Notes under the pieces: model-generated
Databases searched by the model: none
The model's input: only the letters and a program-made list of their open reading frames with translations
Told to the model about the DNA's origin: nothing
Program-made: the position numbers and the translations under genes
Shown: one piece after another, positions 8,991 to 18,204 of the stretch
Layout: every line of letters begins with the position of its first letter
How positions within the stretch are numbered: the stretch's first letter is position 1
Assembly (NCBI GenBank): GCA_040775225.1
Contig: JAXGSX010000002.1
Span: 1 to 40,064, forward strand
From: Kiritimatiellia bacterium
Lineage (GTDB): Bacteria > Verrucomicrobiota > Kiritimatiellia > JAAZAB01
DNA: 40,064 nucleotides
Direction of reading: 5' to 3'

Positions 8991-11987
8991 ATGGCATATC
9001 GTTTAGAAATCGGCCCGCGTCCCGGCGCGTCGGATACGCGCGGCGCCCTGGCGTCACGCCAGGCGCTGACGGCCCTGGGATTGCGCCTGGCCGCCATCCA
9101 CACCCGCGCGGTGTATATCATAGACGCCGTCCTGACGGCAACGGAACAGGAAACCGTCCGCCGGGAATTTACCGATGCCGTGGTGGAAATTTCCGCCGTG
9201 GGGCGGCTCGCGCCGCCGCGCCGGTTCGACTGGCTGATCGAAGTGGGCTTCAAACCCGGCGTAACGGACAATGTCGGCAATACGGCGCGCTGCGCGCTGC
9301 GCGACATTCTGGGCCGCGATTTGCCGGAATCCGCCCGCGTGCACACGGCCACGCAATATTTCATCGCTTTCCCCCCCGGCGCCGGCGGGCCGCGGCAGGC
9401 GCGGCAACTGGCGGAAAACTTGCGGGCCAATCCCCTGATTCACAGCATCGCCCTGCACGCCGCCGCGGACTGGCGGCGGCAACCGCCGGACAATGCCGCG
9501 CCGCCACGGCACGATCATCAGCCGCTGGAAGTCAAAACCTTTGATTTAAGCGGTTCGGACGATTATCTGCGGGAGTTCAGCCGCAAGCATATCCTTTCCT
9601 GCAGCCTGGCGGAGATGCATGCCATCCGCGCCTATTTCCGCCGGCCGGCGGTCCGCCGGGCGCGCCGGGCGCTGGGCCTGCCGGCCGATCCGACCGACGT
9701 GGAAGTGGAATGCCTGGCCCAGAGCTGGTCGGAACATTGCAACCACAAGATTTTCGCCGCGCAAATTGATTACTGCGACGAGCGCGGCCGCCGTCAAAGC
9801 ATCAAGTCGCTGTACCGGACATACATCCAGCGTTCCACGAAGCAGATCGCCCGCCGGCGCAACTGGCTGGTGTCGGTGTTCACCGACAATGCCGGCGTCA
9901 TCCGTTTTACGCGGAAGCATCACCTGGTTTACAAGGTGGAAACCCATAACAGCCCCTCCGCGCTGGACCCTTACGGCGGCGCCATGACCGGCATTGTCGG
10001 CGTCAACCGCGACCCGATGGGCACCGGCATGGGCGCCGCCCTGCTCTGCAATATCTGGGGCTATTGCCTCGGGTCGCCTTTCTACCGCGGGCATTTGCCG
10101 GCCGGCTTGATGCATCCGCGGCGCATCCGCGACGGCGTGCATCAGGGCGTGATAGAAGGCGGCAACCAGAGCGGCATTCCCTGGATGCGGGGCTGGGAAT
10201 TTTTCGACGACCGATTCATCGGCAAACCCCTGATATTCTGCGGCACGGTCGGGCTGCTGCCGGTAAACGTCAACGGCCGGCCGTCGCAGCGTAAGGAAGT
10301 CCGTCCCGGCGACCTCCTGGTGATGATGGGCGGGCGGATCGGCAAGGACGGCATTCACGGCGCAACCTTTTCCTCCGGGGAATTGCAGGAAGATTCGCCG
10401 GCCCAGGCGGTGCAAATCGGCGATCCAATCACGCAGCGCAAAATGTACGAATGCCTGTTGGAAGCGCGGGACCGGGGTTTGTACCGCTGCATCACCGACA
10501 ACGGCGCGGGCGGCTTAAGCTGCTCGGCCGGCGAAATGGGGCGGTTATCCGGCGGAGTTGAACTGGACCTTGCGCGCGCGCCGCTGAAATACCAGGGCTT
10601 GCAACCCTGGGAAATCCTGCTTTCCGAGGCCCAGGAGCGTATGACGCTGGCCGTGCCGCCGAATCGCGTCCGGGCGCTGCTGCGGCTGGCGCGACGGCGC
10701 GACGTGGAGGCCACGGTCCTGGGCCGGTTTACCGACAGCGGCGTGTTTCTAATCCGGCACGGCGCCCGAACAGTCGGGCGCCTGGATTTGCGTTTTCTTT
10801 ACGGCGGCTGCCCGACCATGCGCCTGGCAGCGCGCTGGCGCCCGCCCCGCAGGAAGCCGCCGCGCCGTCCGGCCCCGGGACGGCGCGACCGGGAGCTGCG
10901 GCAACTGCTGCAATCCCTGAATCTCTGTTCCCGCGAATTTAAAAGCCGGCAATACGACGGGGAAGTCAAGGGATTAAGCGTAGTCAAACCGTTTATCGGC
11001 GTCCATTGCGATATGCCCGCGGACGCCACCGTGATGCGCACGGATTACCTCAGCCCGGAAGGCATCGTGCTGGCGGAGGGGATCAACCCTTTTTATTCCG
11101 AGATTGACACCGGCGCCATGGCGGCGGCGGTGGTGGATGAAGCCGTGCGCCGGGCCGTCAGCGCCGGCGCGGATCCCGACCATCTGGCCGGCCTGGATAA
11201 TTTCTGCTGGCCGGACCCGGTGCAATCCCCGAAAATCCGCGACGGCCAATACAAGCTGGCGCAGCTGGTGCGCGCCTGCCAGGCGCTGTACGACACTACC
11301 ATCGCCTTCGATGTGCCCTGCATTTCCGGCAAAGACAGTTGTAAGAACGATTCCACGCGGGGCGGCCGGCTGATTTCCATCCCGCCGATTCTGCTGTTTT
11401 CCACAATCGGAAAAATCGCCGATGTGCGGCGGGCGGTTACCATGGACGTCAAGCAGCCGGGAGACCTGGTGTATATGGCCGGCATGACCGCCCCGGAACT
11501 GGGCGCTTCCGCCTTTTACCGGTTGCTGGCCGAGCAGCAGGGGCGTCCGGCCAGCATTGGCGGCCGCCTGCCGGGCCTCGACGCCGCCATGGCCCGGCGC
11601 ACTTACGGGGCAGTCCACCGGGCCATCCAAGCCGGACTGCTGCGATCCTCTCACACCCCTACCCGCGGCGGCCTGGCCGCAGCGCTGGCATTCACCGCCT
11701 TGGGCGGCGACCTCGGCCTGGAAATCAACCTGGACAACCTGCCCGCCGCCGGCCGCCTGTCGCCGGATGAAAAACTGTTTGCGGAATCCAACAGCCGGTT
11801 TATCATTACCGCCGATCCCGGCCAGGCCGCGCGTCTGGAAACGATTTTCAAGGGCGTGCCGTTCGCCCGGCTGGGCCGGGTCATGCGCCGGAAAATCCTG
11901 GACGTGCGCGGCGGCGGCGGGATTCTCCTGCTTTCCAGGCTCAGCGATTTGCGCCGGGCTTTCAAACAAACGTTGCACGGACTATGA
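8991..11987 (+). CDS. purL: Phosphoribosylformylglycinamidine (FGAM) synthase, synthetase component of the large-PurL type with a PurS-like N-terminal domain (998 aa)
   Basis: The motif WSEHCNHKIF lies near residue 250, as in large PurL. Other motifs are VETHNSPSALDPYGGA, TDNGAGGL and ISGKDS. The start is ATG 8991 (MAYRLEIGP). No separate purS ORF lies upstream. Confidence 0.9.
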   Translation: MAYRLEIGPRPGASDTRGALASRQALTALGLRLAAIHTRAVYIIDAVLTATEQETVRREFTDAVVEISAVGRLAPPRRFDWLIEVGFKPGVTDNVGNTARCALRDILGRDLPESARVHTATQYFIAFPPGAGGPRQARQLAENLRANPLIHSIALHAAADWRRQPPDNAAPPRHDHQPLEVKTFDLSGSDDYLREFSRKHILSCSLAEMHAIRAYFRRPAVRRARRALGLPADPTDVEVECLAQSWSEHCNHKIFAAQIDYCDERGRRQSIKSLYRTYIQRSTKQIARRRNWLVSVFTDNAGVIRFTRKHHLVYKVETHNSPSALDPYGGAMTGIVGVNRDPMGTGMGAALLCNIWGYCLGSPFYRGHLPAGLMHPRRIRDGVHQGVIEGGNQSGIPWMRGWEFFDDRFIGKPLIFCGTVGLLPVNVNGRPSQRKEVRPGDLLVMMGGRIGKDGIHGATFSSGELQEDSPAQAVQIGDPITQRKMYECLLEARDRGLYRCITDNGAGGLSCSAGEMGRLSGGVELDLARAPLKYQGLQPWEILLSEAQERMTLAVPPNRVRALLRLARRRDVEATVLGRFTDSGVFLIRHGARTVGRLDLRFLYGGCPTMRLAARWRPPRRKPPRRPAPGRRDRELRQLLQSLNLCSREFKSRQYDGEVKGLSVVKPFIGVHCDMPADATVMRTDYLSPEGIVLAEGINPFYSEIDTGAMAAAVVDEAVRRAVSAGADPDHLAGLDNFCWPDPVQSPKIRDGQYKLAQLVRACQALYDTTIAFDVPCISGKDSCKNDSTRGGRLISIPPILLFSTIGKIADVRRAVTMDVKQPGDLVYMAGMTAPELGASAFYRLLAEQQGRPASIGGRLPGLDAAMARRTYGAVHRAIQAGLLRSSHTPTRGGLAAALAFTALGGDLGLEINLDNLPAAGRLSPDEKLFAESNSRFIITADPGQAARLETIFKGVPFARLGRVMRRKILDVRGGGGILLLSRLSDLRRAFKQTLHGL

Positions 11988-12823
11988 AACACCGCCAACC
12001 CAGAGTCCTGATCGTCACCGGTTACGGCGTGAACTGCGAAGCCGAATCGGCTTACGCCTGGGAATTGGCCGGCGCCCGCCCCGTCCAAATGCACTTGAAC
12101 GATTTGCTGGCAGCGCCCCGCCGGCTGGAGCTTTACCAGGCGCTGATGTTCATCGGCGGCTTTTCGTTCGGCGATCACATGGGGTCGGGCCATGTGCTCG
12201 CGTTGCGCTGGCGGCATTGTCTGCGGGATGAATTATGCCGCTTCCTCGCGCGCGGGCGGCTGGCGCTGGGAATCTGCAACGGTTTTCAGGTCATGGTTAA
12301 ACTGGGATTATTGCCGGGCCTGGATGCCGGCGCCCGGCCGGGGGCCAAGCCGAAGGCGCAGGCCCGCCGGCTGAAACAGCAAGTTGCGCTCACCCATAAC
12401 CAATGCGGCGTTTTCCAGAATTTCTGGGTAACGCTGCAGTTTGATCCGCGCAGCCCATGCGTTTTCACGCGCGGACTGGATCGCATGGAAATGCCGATCC
12501 GGCACGGCGAAGGGCGCTTTTTCGCGCCAACGCCCGGGTTGCTGAAGGAATTGGAAAGCCGCGGATGCGTTCCCTGCCGGTACGCGCATCCGCGCACCGG
12601 ACGGCCGGCGATGCGCTACCCGTACAATCCCAACGGTTCCCAACGGGCGATTGCCGGAGTATGCAGTCCGGATGGCCGGGTATTCGGAATGATGCCCCAT
12701 CCGGAAGCCTATTTATTTCCCGAGAACCATCCCCAATGGCCGCGCCAGAAGATCGCCGGCGCACTGCCGCGCCATGGCGCCGGCCTGGCTGTTTTCAGAA
12801 ACGCGGTGGAATACCTCCAATGA
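11984..12823 (+). CDS. purQ: FGAM synthase glutaminase component (279 aa, the length of the large-PurL glutaminase domain)
   Basis: The N-terminus is RVLIVTGYGVNCEAE. The nucleophile elbow is GICNGFQ, and the catalytic His-Glu is in MPHPE. The start overlaps the purL stop as ATGA (11984-11987). Confidence 0.9.
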   Translation: MKHRQPRVLIVTGYGVNCEAESAYAWELAGARPVQMHLNDLLAAPRRLELYQALMFIGGFSFGDHMGSGHVLALRWRHCLRDELCRFLARGRLALGICNGFQVMVKLGLLPGLDAGARPGAKPKAQARRLKQQVALTHNQCGVFQNFWVTLQFDPRSPCVFTRGLDRMEMPIRHGEGRFFAPTPGLLKELESRGCVPCRYAHPRTGRPAMRYPYNPNGSQRAIAGVCSPDGRVFGMMPHPEAYLFPENHPQWPRQKIAGALPRHGAGLAVFRNAVEYLQ

Positions 12824-13446
12824 TCGCCATCGTTGATTATCGCGCCGGGAATCTCACCAGCGTGCGCCTGGCTTTCGAAGCGTTGCGGACGCCGGCCATA
12901 GTCGCCCGCTCTCCGGCAGCCCTTTTAAGCGCCGAGCGGGTGGTCTTCCCCGGCGTGGGCGCCGCCGGCGCCGCGATGGCCAACCTGCGGCGTCTCGGCC
13001 TGGCGGAGCCCCTGCGGGAGACCGCGCTCCGCGGCACGCCCTTCCTGGGCATTTGCCTGGGCGCGCAGATTCTCTTTGATTTTCTGGAGGAGGACGGCGG
13101 TGTTCCGGGCCTGGGCCTGCTGCCCGGCGCGGTAAAAAAATTCACACCGGCCGACCGCCGCGACAAAGTGCCCCAAATCGGATGGAATGCCGTCCGATGG
13201 CAAAGGCCCCACCCGCTTTGCGCGGGCATTGAAAGCGGCAGCGAATTCTATTTCGTCCACAGTTATTACATCGCCCCCGGCCGGCCGGAAGACGCGCTCG
13301 GCATCGCCGATTACGCCGGCGTGAATTTTGCCGCCATGGCGGCGCGCGGCAATCTGGCTGCCGTGCAGTTTCATCCCGAAAAATCCGGCCGCATCGGCAT
13401 GCAATTGCTGGAAAATTTTATCCGCTGGACTCCCCATGCTGACTAA
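12820..13446 (+). CDS. hisH: Imidazole glycerol phosphate synthase, glutamine amidotransferase subunit
   Basis: Motifs seen are MIAIVDYRAGNLTSV, VFPGVGA, GICLGAQ, FYFVHSYY and VQFHPEKSG. The start overlaps the purQ stop as ATGA (12820-12823). The track ORF from 12457 is an out-of-frame artefactual extension over purQ. Confidence 0.93.
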   Translation: MIAIVDYRAGNLTSVRLAFEALRTPAIVARSPAALLSAERVVFPGVGAAGAAMANLRRLGLAEPLRETALRGTPFLGICLGAQILFDFLEEDGGVPGLGLLPGAVKKFTPADRRDKVPQIGWNAVRWQRPHPLCAGIESGSEFYFVHSYYIAPGRPEDALGIADYAGVNFAAMAARGNLAAVQFHPEKSGRIGMQLLENFIRWTPHAD

Positions 13447-14215
13447 AAGAATCATACCCTGCCTGGACGTCCGGGGCGGCCGGGTAACCAAGGGCGTCAG
13501 ATTCCAGGACAATATAGCCCTGGGCGACCCGGTGGAAATGGCCGCCGCCTACAGCGCCAACGGTTGCGACGAGCTGGTTTTTTACGACATTGCCGCCTCC
13601 GCCGAACGATGCCCGATTGACCTGGCCATGGTGCAGGCGGTCGCGCGCGCCATTCACATACCTTTCGCCGTCGGCGGCGGCATCGGCGGCCTGGACGACA
13701 TGGAACGCGTGCTGCTGGCCGGCGCGGAAAAAATTTCCGTCAACTCGCTGGCCGTGCGATCGCCCCGGATAATCGCCGCAGGCGCGCGCGCTTTCGGCTC
13801 GCAATGCATCGTGCTGGGGATGGACCCGGTCGGCGCGCCGGGCGATCCGCGTTTCCCGAGCGGCTATGAAATCACCATCCGCGGGTTCCGCGAACGCACG
13901 GGGCTTGACGCCCTGGAATGGGCTAAACGCGCGGCCGGCCTGGGCGCGGGCGAGATCGTCGTCAATTCCGTGGATGCCGACGGCACGCGCGCCGGGTATG
14001 AATTGCGGCTGACCCGGATGATTGCCGAAGCGGTGAACGTGCCGGTGGTGGCTTCCGGCGGCGCCGGGCGCCCGGAACATCTGGCGGCCGCCTTCCGCGA
14101 AGGCGGCGCGGACGCGGCCATCATCGCCGGCATCCTGCATACCGGCGAATACACCATTGCCGGCATCAAGCAGGCGCTGGCGGCCGGCGGCATTCCGGTG
14201 CGCCTGAAATGGTGA
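13436..14215 (+). CDS. hisF: Imidazole glycerol phosphate synthase, cyclase subunit
   Basis: Motifs seen are MLTKRIIPCLDVRGGRVTKGVRF, DELVFYDI, VGGGI, GAGEIVVNSVDADGT and ASGGAG. It overlaps the hisH 3' end by 11 nt. Confidence 0.95.
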   Translation: MLTKRIIPCLDVRGGRVTKGVRFQDNIALGDPVEMAAAYSANGCDELVFYDIAASAERCPIDLAMVQAVARAIHIPFAVGGGIGGLDDMERVLLAGAEKISVNSLAVRSPRIIAAGARAFGSQCIVLGMDPVGAPGDPRFPSGYEITIRGFRERTGLDALEWAKRAAGLGAGEIVVNSVDADGTRAGYELRLTRMIAEAVNVPVVASGGAGRPEHLAAAFREGGADAAIIAGILHTGEYTIAGIKQALAAGGIPVRLKW

Positions 14216-14249
14216 ACCCGCATCCATTGAAGGTCTGCGGTTTCCGGGC

Positions 14250-14268
14250 GGCGCCGCGCCGCGGCGCC
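14250..14268. other. GC-only palindrome GGCGCCGCG-C-CGCGGCGCC, 35 nt after the hisF stop
   Basis: A perfect 9+1+9 inverted repeat with no U-tract after it. It could be a stem-loop at the operon 3' end or a protein binding site. Confidence 0.3.
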
Positions 14269-14426
14269 GCTACAGCAGACACCGACTCCCGATATTGGCC
14301 GGGGCATCTTTGACCGGTCTTTCAGGCATGGCCCCATTGTGGACAAGCATATTGCGGCGGCATGATGTTGCCGGGATCAACGGTTGCTGCAATCACCATT
14401 CCGGCCCTAGCCCCAACAAATTGTGA

Positions 14427-14455
14427 TTGCATCCGCGCCGTACACTTGATATGGT
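14427..14455 (+). promoter_or_regulatory. Candidate sigma70-type promoter upstream of smc (TTGCAT-N17-TATGGT)
   Basis: Hexamers are at 14427-14432 and 14450-14455, about 70 nt before the smc GTG. Confidence 0.35.
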
Positions 14456-14469
14456 GCACTCGGATTCAT

Positions 14470-14506
14470 AAAAAAACCGCCGCCGGGCGGATGCGGCGGG
14501 AATTTT
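14470..14506. terminator. Bidirectional intrinsic-terminator-like hairpin: A7 - CCGCCGC (loop CGGGCGGAT) GCGGCGG - GAATTTT
   Basis: The 7-bp all-GC stem is 14477-14483 / 14493-14499. On the minus strand it is followed by T7, which is the canonical form. On the plus strand it is followed by only T4. It lies 19 nt upstream of the smc start. Confidence 0.5.
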
Positions 14507-14524
14507 CAAGCGGAGCATGGCACA

Positions 14525-17500
14525 GTGTATCTAAAAGCTTTGGAATTGGTTGGTTTCAAAAGTTTCGCGGATCGGACCCGACTGGAGTTTAATCCCGGCA
14601 TGACGGCCATAGTCGGGCCGAACGGCTGCGGCAAAAGCAACGTTTCCGACGCCATCCGCTGGGTGCTGGGGGAACAGAGCGCCAAGCTCCTGCGCGGCTC
14701 GAAGATGGAAGACTGCATCTTTAACGGCACGGACAACCGCAAACCGCTGGGGATGGCGGAAGTCAGCCTGATCCTGGCCGACTGCGAACAGACACTGGGC
14801 ACGGAATACAACGAGATTACCGTCACGCGGCGCGTTTTCCGTTCTGGCGAAGGCCAGTATTTCATCAACAAAACGCCCTGCCGCCTGCGCGACATACAAC
14901 GCCTGTTCATGGACACGGGCATCGGCACCAGTTCCTACTCGCTCATGGAACAAGGCCGCATTGACCTGATCCTGAGTTCCCGCCCGGAAGACCGGCGGGA
15001 GGTATTCGAAGAAGCCAGCGGCATCACCAAGTACAAATCCGACAAGCGCGAAGCCCTGCGCAAGCTGGAGCAGACGGAAGCCAACCTGCTGCGTTTGGCC
15101 GACATCATCAAGGAAGTGCGCCGGCAAATCATTTCCCTGCAGCGCCAGGCCGGGAAGGCGGCGCGGTACAAGAAACACCAGGAGGAATTGCGCCGCCTGG
15201 ATATTTTCGTCTCGCGCGAAAAACTGAAAGGCATGGACGCCGAACGGATGGACAACGAGCGGCGGTTGGAATCCATCCGGGGGGAACTGGCCCGGCGCCA
15301 GCAATCCATCCGCCAGCAGGAAAACCTCGTCGCGTCCATGCGCGAGCGGATGGAAAAGGCCGAAGACGAAGCGGGCGGAGCGCAGCAGGACTTGATGGAA
15401 CTGACCCGCCAGCGCGACCGCGCCCGCCAGGTGATGGAACACAGCGAACGCCGCATCCGGGAGTTGGAAGCGCAATGCGCCCGTGACGCCGACGACACCG
15501 CCGGCGCCGGCAGCGAACTGCAGCAGACGCAGAAGGAACTGGATGAATCGCAGCAGCGGCTGGCGGCGGCGGAAAGCGAGTTTGCCGCCGCGCAGACAGA
15601 GCTGCAGGCGCAGGCCCGGAAGCTGGCCGGCCATGAAAAAATGATCGCCGCCGCCAAGCAGGCGGTCACACAATTGCTCGCCGAATCCATGGAACTGGAA
15701 AACCGGCTGGCGCAGATTCAGAACGAACTGCACAAGCTGGAGAACGAGGACCGCAATATCGCCAGCCGCCGGGAACGCTGCGCCGCCGAGCAGGAAAACC
15801 TGAAATTGCTCTTGCACGGACATCAGCAGCGCGTTGCGGAATTAAAGCAAATCCGCGCCGAATCGCAAGCCGCCCAAACGCAAGCCGCCCGGGCGCTGGA
15901 CGCAAAGCAAGCGGAAACCGCGGAGCGGCAAAACCGGATGCGCCAGTCGGAAAAGGCGCTTGCCGAATTGCGCGCGGAACGCGCCGCCGCGGCGGCGCGC
16001 CTGGAAATGCTGGAGCGCAATCTCAAGGCCAAAAGCGGCTTTACCCAAAGCGCCCGGCGCCTGCTGGACGCCAAGCTGGCGGCGCCCCTGCAGCAGAAAG
16101 TGCTGGGCGCCTTAGCCGGCCAAATCGAAACCGCTCCCGAATACCGGCTGGCCCTGGAAACCGCGCTGCGCGCCTGGCTGGACGCCATCGTGGTGCAGGA
16201 TTTGCCGGCCGCCCTGGCATGCCTCCGTCAAATCGAACCCGAAGCCAGGGATGCGCTGCGCCTGCTGGCGGCCGCGGCGCCGGCCGCGGCGTCTCCCGTC
16301 AAGTTGCCGGCCGGCGCCGTCATGCTGCGCCCGCACGTATCGTCCCCGGCCGCCGTGGCGCCGCTGCTGGATCGTTTACTGGCCGGCGTGGCGGTGGTGG
16401 ACGACCTTGGCGCGCTGCCCGGTGAGATTCCGCCGCATGCCGTATACGTCACCCGGCGTGGCGCGCTGATCCGCGGGGACGGCTGTCTGGAAATTCACCG
16501 CGGCGACGCCCAGCAATCCAGCCCGCTGGCCAACAAGCATCTCCTGGCCCGGCAGCGCGAACTCCTGGCCGACGCCGACGCGCAAATGGCGGAGCGCCGC
16601 CTGGAATGGGACGGCTGCTCCGCGGACTGCCAGGCGCTGGAAAAGGAATTGCAGGAATTGCGCGCCGCCTTAACGGAAAAACAGCAGATTCTGGCCCGCC
16701 AGGACGGCGAATTCCAACTGGTGGAGAAACAGGCGGACCAGGTGCGCCAGAACCTGGAAACCGTGGCCTGGGAAATGCGCGAACTGGAAAAACAGGGCAA
16801 TTCCGCCGACGCCAAGAGCGCCCTGATTGAAGAAACCGATCAAATCCGCAGCCGCCGGCAGGAAATCCGCCGTCAGATTGGCGCCAAACAACAGGAGCAG
16901 GACCGGCTCGAACAGGAACACAAAAAGCTGGCCGCCGATGTGACCGCCGCCCAGGTGCGCTTTGCCAAGCAGGAAGAAGCGCGCGCCTTTATCCGCGCCC
17001 GCCGCCAACCGCTGGCCGAACGGGCGCTGCAACTGCAAAAAACCATTGACGAACGCCAGGCGCGCCAGGCGGCCTGCCGCGCGGAAATCGCCGGCGGGCG
17101 CGAAGAATTGCTCAAGGCCCGGAAGGCATTGCCGGACTTGGAGGAAAAGATCGGGCAGCATAACGCCCGCCTGTCGGAAATCCACGCCCAGCGCGAACAG
17201 ATGCAAGCCGCCGCGCGGACCGCCGAAGGCCAGTTGCATCAATTGCGGGAAGAGCTGGATACGCTCAGCCGGCAGGAAAGCGAAACCAACGGCAAATGCG
17301 TTGAACAGCGCATGCAGCGCCAATACCTGCTGGAGCGCGTCACCGGCGAATACCGCATATCGGCCGACGCCATCCAGGTTGAACCGGAGCCGGAATGGCC
17401 GGACCAGCAGCGGCCCGAGATGGAAAACCTGGAACTTGCAATCGCCGAGCTGCGCGCCAAGCTGGAAAGCATGGGCCCCGTCAACACCGATGCCATCGCC

Positions 17501-18166
17501 GAATACAAGGAGCAGGAGGAACGCTACCAGTTTCTCAACAGCCAGCAGGATGATTTGCTGAAATCCAAGCAACAGCTGCTGGAAATGATCAAGACCATCA
17601 ACCAGACCACCACCGAAATGTTCGCCAAGACCTTTGCCGCCGTCAACGACAATTTCCAGGCGATGTTCAAGCAATTATTCGGCGGCGGATCAGCCAAACT
17701 GATGCTGACCGACGACGAGGATATCCTCGATTGCGGAATTGAAATCATCGCCCGGCCGCCGGGCAAAAAACTGCAAAGCGTTTCCCTGCTGTCCGGCGGC
17801 GAGCGCACGATGACGGCGGTCGCATTGTTGTTCGCCATTTTCATGGTCAAGCCCAGCCCGTTTTGCGTGCTGGACGAACTGGATGCGGCCCTGGATGAAT
17901 CCAACATCCACCGTTTTATCAAGGTGCTGCAAGGCTTTATTGCCCAGTCGCAATTCATTGTCATCACCCACAACCGCGCCACCATCAGCGCCGCCAATGT
18001 GCTTTACGGCGTCACCATGGCCGAAACGGGAATCTCCAGGATCGTTTCCATGCGGTTCGTGGATCACTCGGGCAAACTGGAGCCGGCGGAAGCGTCCGCC
18101 GCCAAGGAAGCCGTTCCGGAGGCGCCCGCCCCCGCGCCGGCCGGCGCCGCGGCCGCCGGCCGGTAA
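14525..18166 (+). CDS. smc: Chromosome partition protein SMC
   Basis: The N-terminus is MYLKALELVGFKSFADRTRLEFNPGMTAIVGPNGCGKSN (Walker A). Long heptad, Q/E/R-rich coiled coils follow. The hinge region is around 16050-16500. The C-terminal signature is LSGGERTMTAVALLFA with Walker B VLDELDAALD. The start is GTG, with GGAG 10 nt upstream. Confidence 0.95.
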   Translation: MYLKALELVGFKSFADRTRLEFNPGMTAIVGPNGCGKSNVSDAIRWVLGEQSAKLLRGSKMEDCIFNGTDNRKPLGMAEVSLILADCEQTLGTEYNEITVTRRVFRSGEGQYFINKTPCRLRDIQRLFMDTGIGTSSYSLMEQGRIDLILSSRPEDRREVFEEASGITKYKSDKREALRKLEQTEANLLRLADIIKEVRRQIISLQRQAGKAARYKKHQEELRRLDIFVSREKLKGMDAERMDNERRLESIRGELARRQQSIRQQENLVASMRERMEKAEDEAGGAQQDLMELTRQRDRARQVMEHSERRIRELEAQCARDADDTAGAGSELQQTQKELDESQQRLAAAESEFAAAQTELQAQARKLAGHEKMIAAAKQAVTQLLAESMELENRLAQIQNELHKLENEDRNIASRRERCAAEQENLKLLLHGHQQRVAELKQIRAESQAAQTQAARALDAKQAETAERQNRMRQSEKALAELRAERAAAAARLEMLERNLKAKSGFTQSARRLLDAKLAAPLQQKVLGALAGQIETAPEYRLALETALRAWLDAIVVQDLPAALACLRQIEPEARDALRLLAAAAPAAASPVKLPAGAVMLRPHVSSPAAVAPLLDRLLAGVAVVDDLGALPGEIPPHAVYVTRRGALIRGDGCLEIHRGDAQQSSPLANKHLLARQRELLADADAQMAERRLEWDGCSADCQALEKELQELRAALTEKQQILARQDGEFQLVEKQADQVRQNLETVAWEMRELEKQGNSADAKSALIEETDQIRSRRQEIRRQIGAKQQEQDRLEQEHKKLAADVTAAQVRFAKQEEARAFIRARRQPLAERALQLQKTIDERQARQAACRAEIAGGREELLKARKALPDLEEKIGQHNARLSEIHAQREQMQAAARTAEGQLHQLREELDTLSRQESETNGKCVEQRMQRQYLLERVTGEYRISADAIQVEPEPEWPDQQRPEMENLELAIAELRAKLESMGPVNTDAIAEYKEQEERYQFLNSQQDDLLKSKQQLLEMIKTINQTTTEMFAKTFAAVNDNFQAMFKQLFGGGSAKLMLTDDEDILDCGIEIIARPPGKKLQSVSLLSGGERTMTAVALLFAIFMVKPSPFCVLDELDAALDESNIHRFIKVLQGFIAQSQFIVITHNRATISAANVLYGVTMAETGISRIVSMRFVDHSGKLEPAEASAAKEAVPEAPAPAPAGAAAAGR

Positions 18167-18204
18167 TGTCCGCCGGGGCCTGGAAGTTGACCCGCCTCCC
18201 CGTT

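Noticed and set aside
14362-14592. A 76-aa ORF in the hisF-smc gap that overlaps the smc start
   Set aside because: It has no SD sequence and an odd composition. It runs through the terminator-like hairpin and into the conserved smc N-terminus in another frame.
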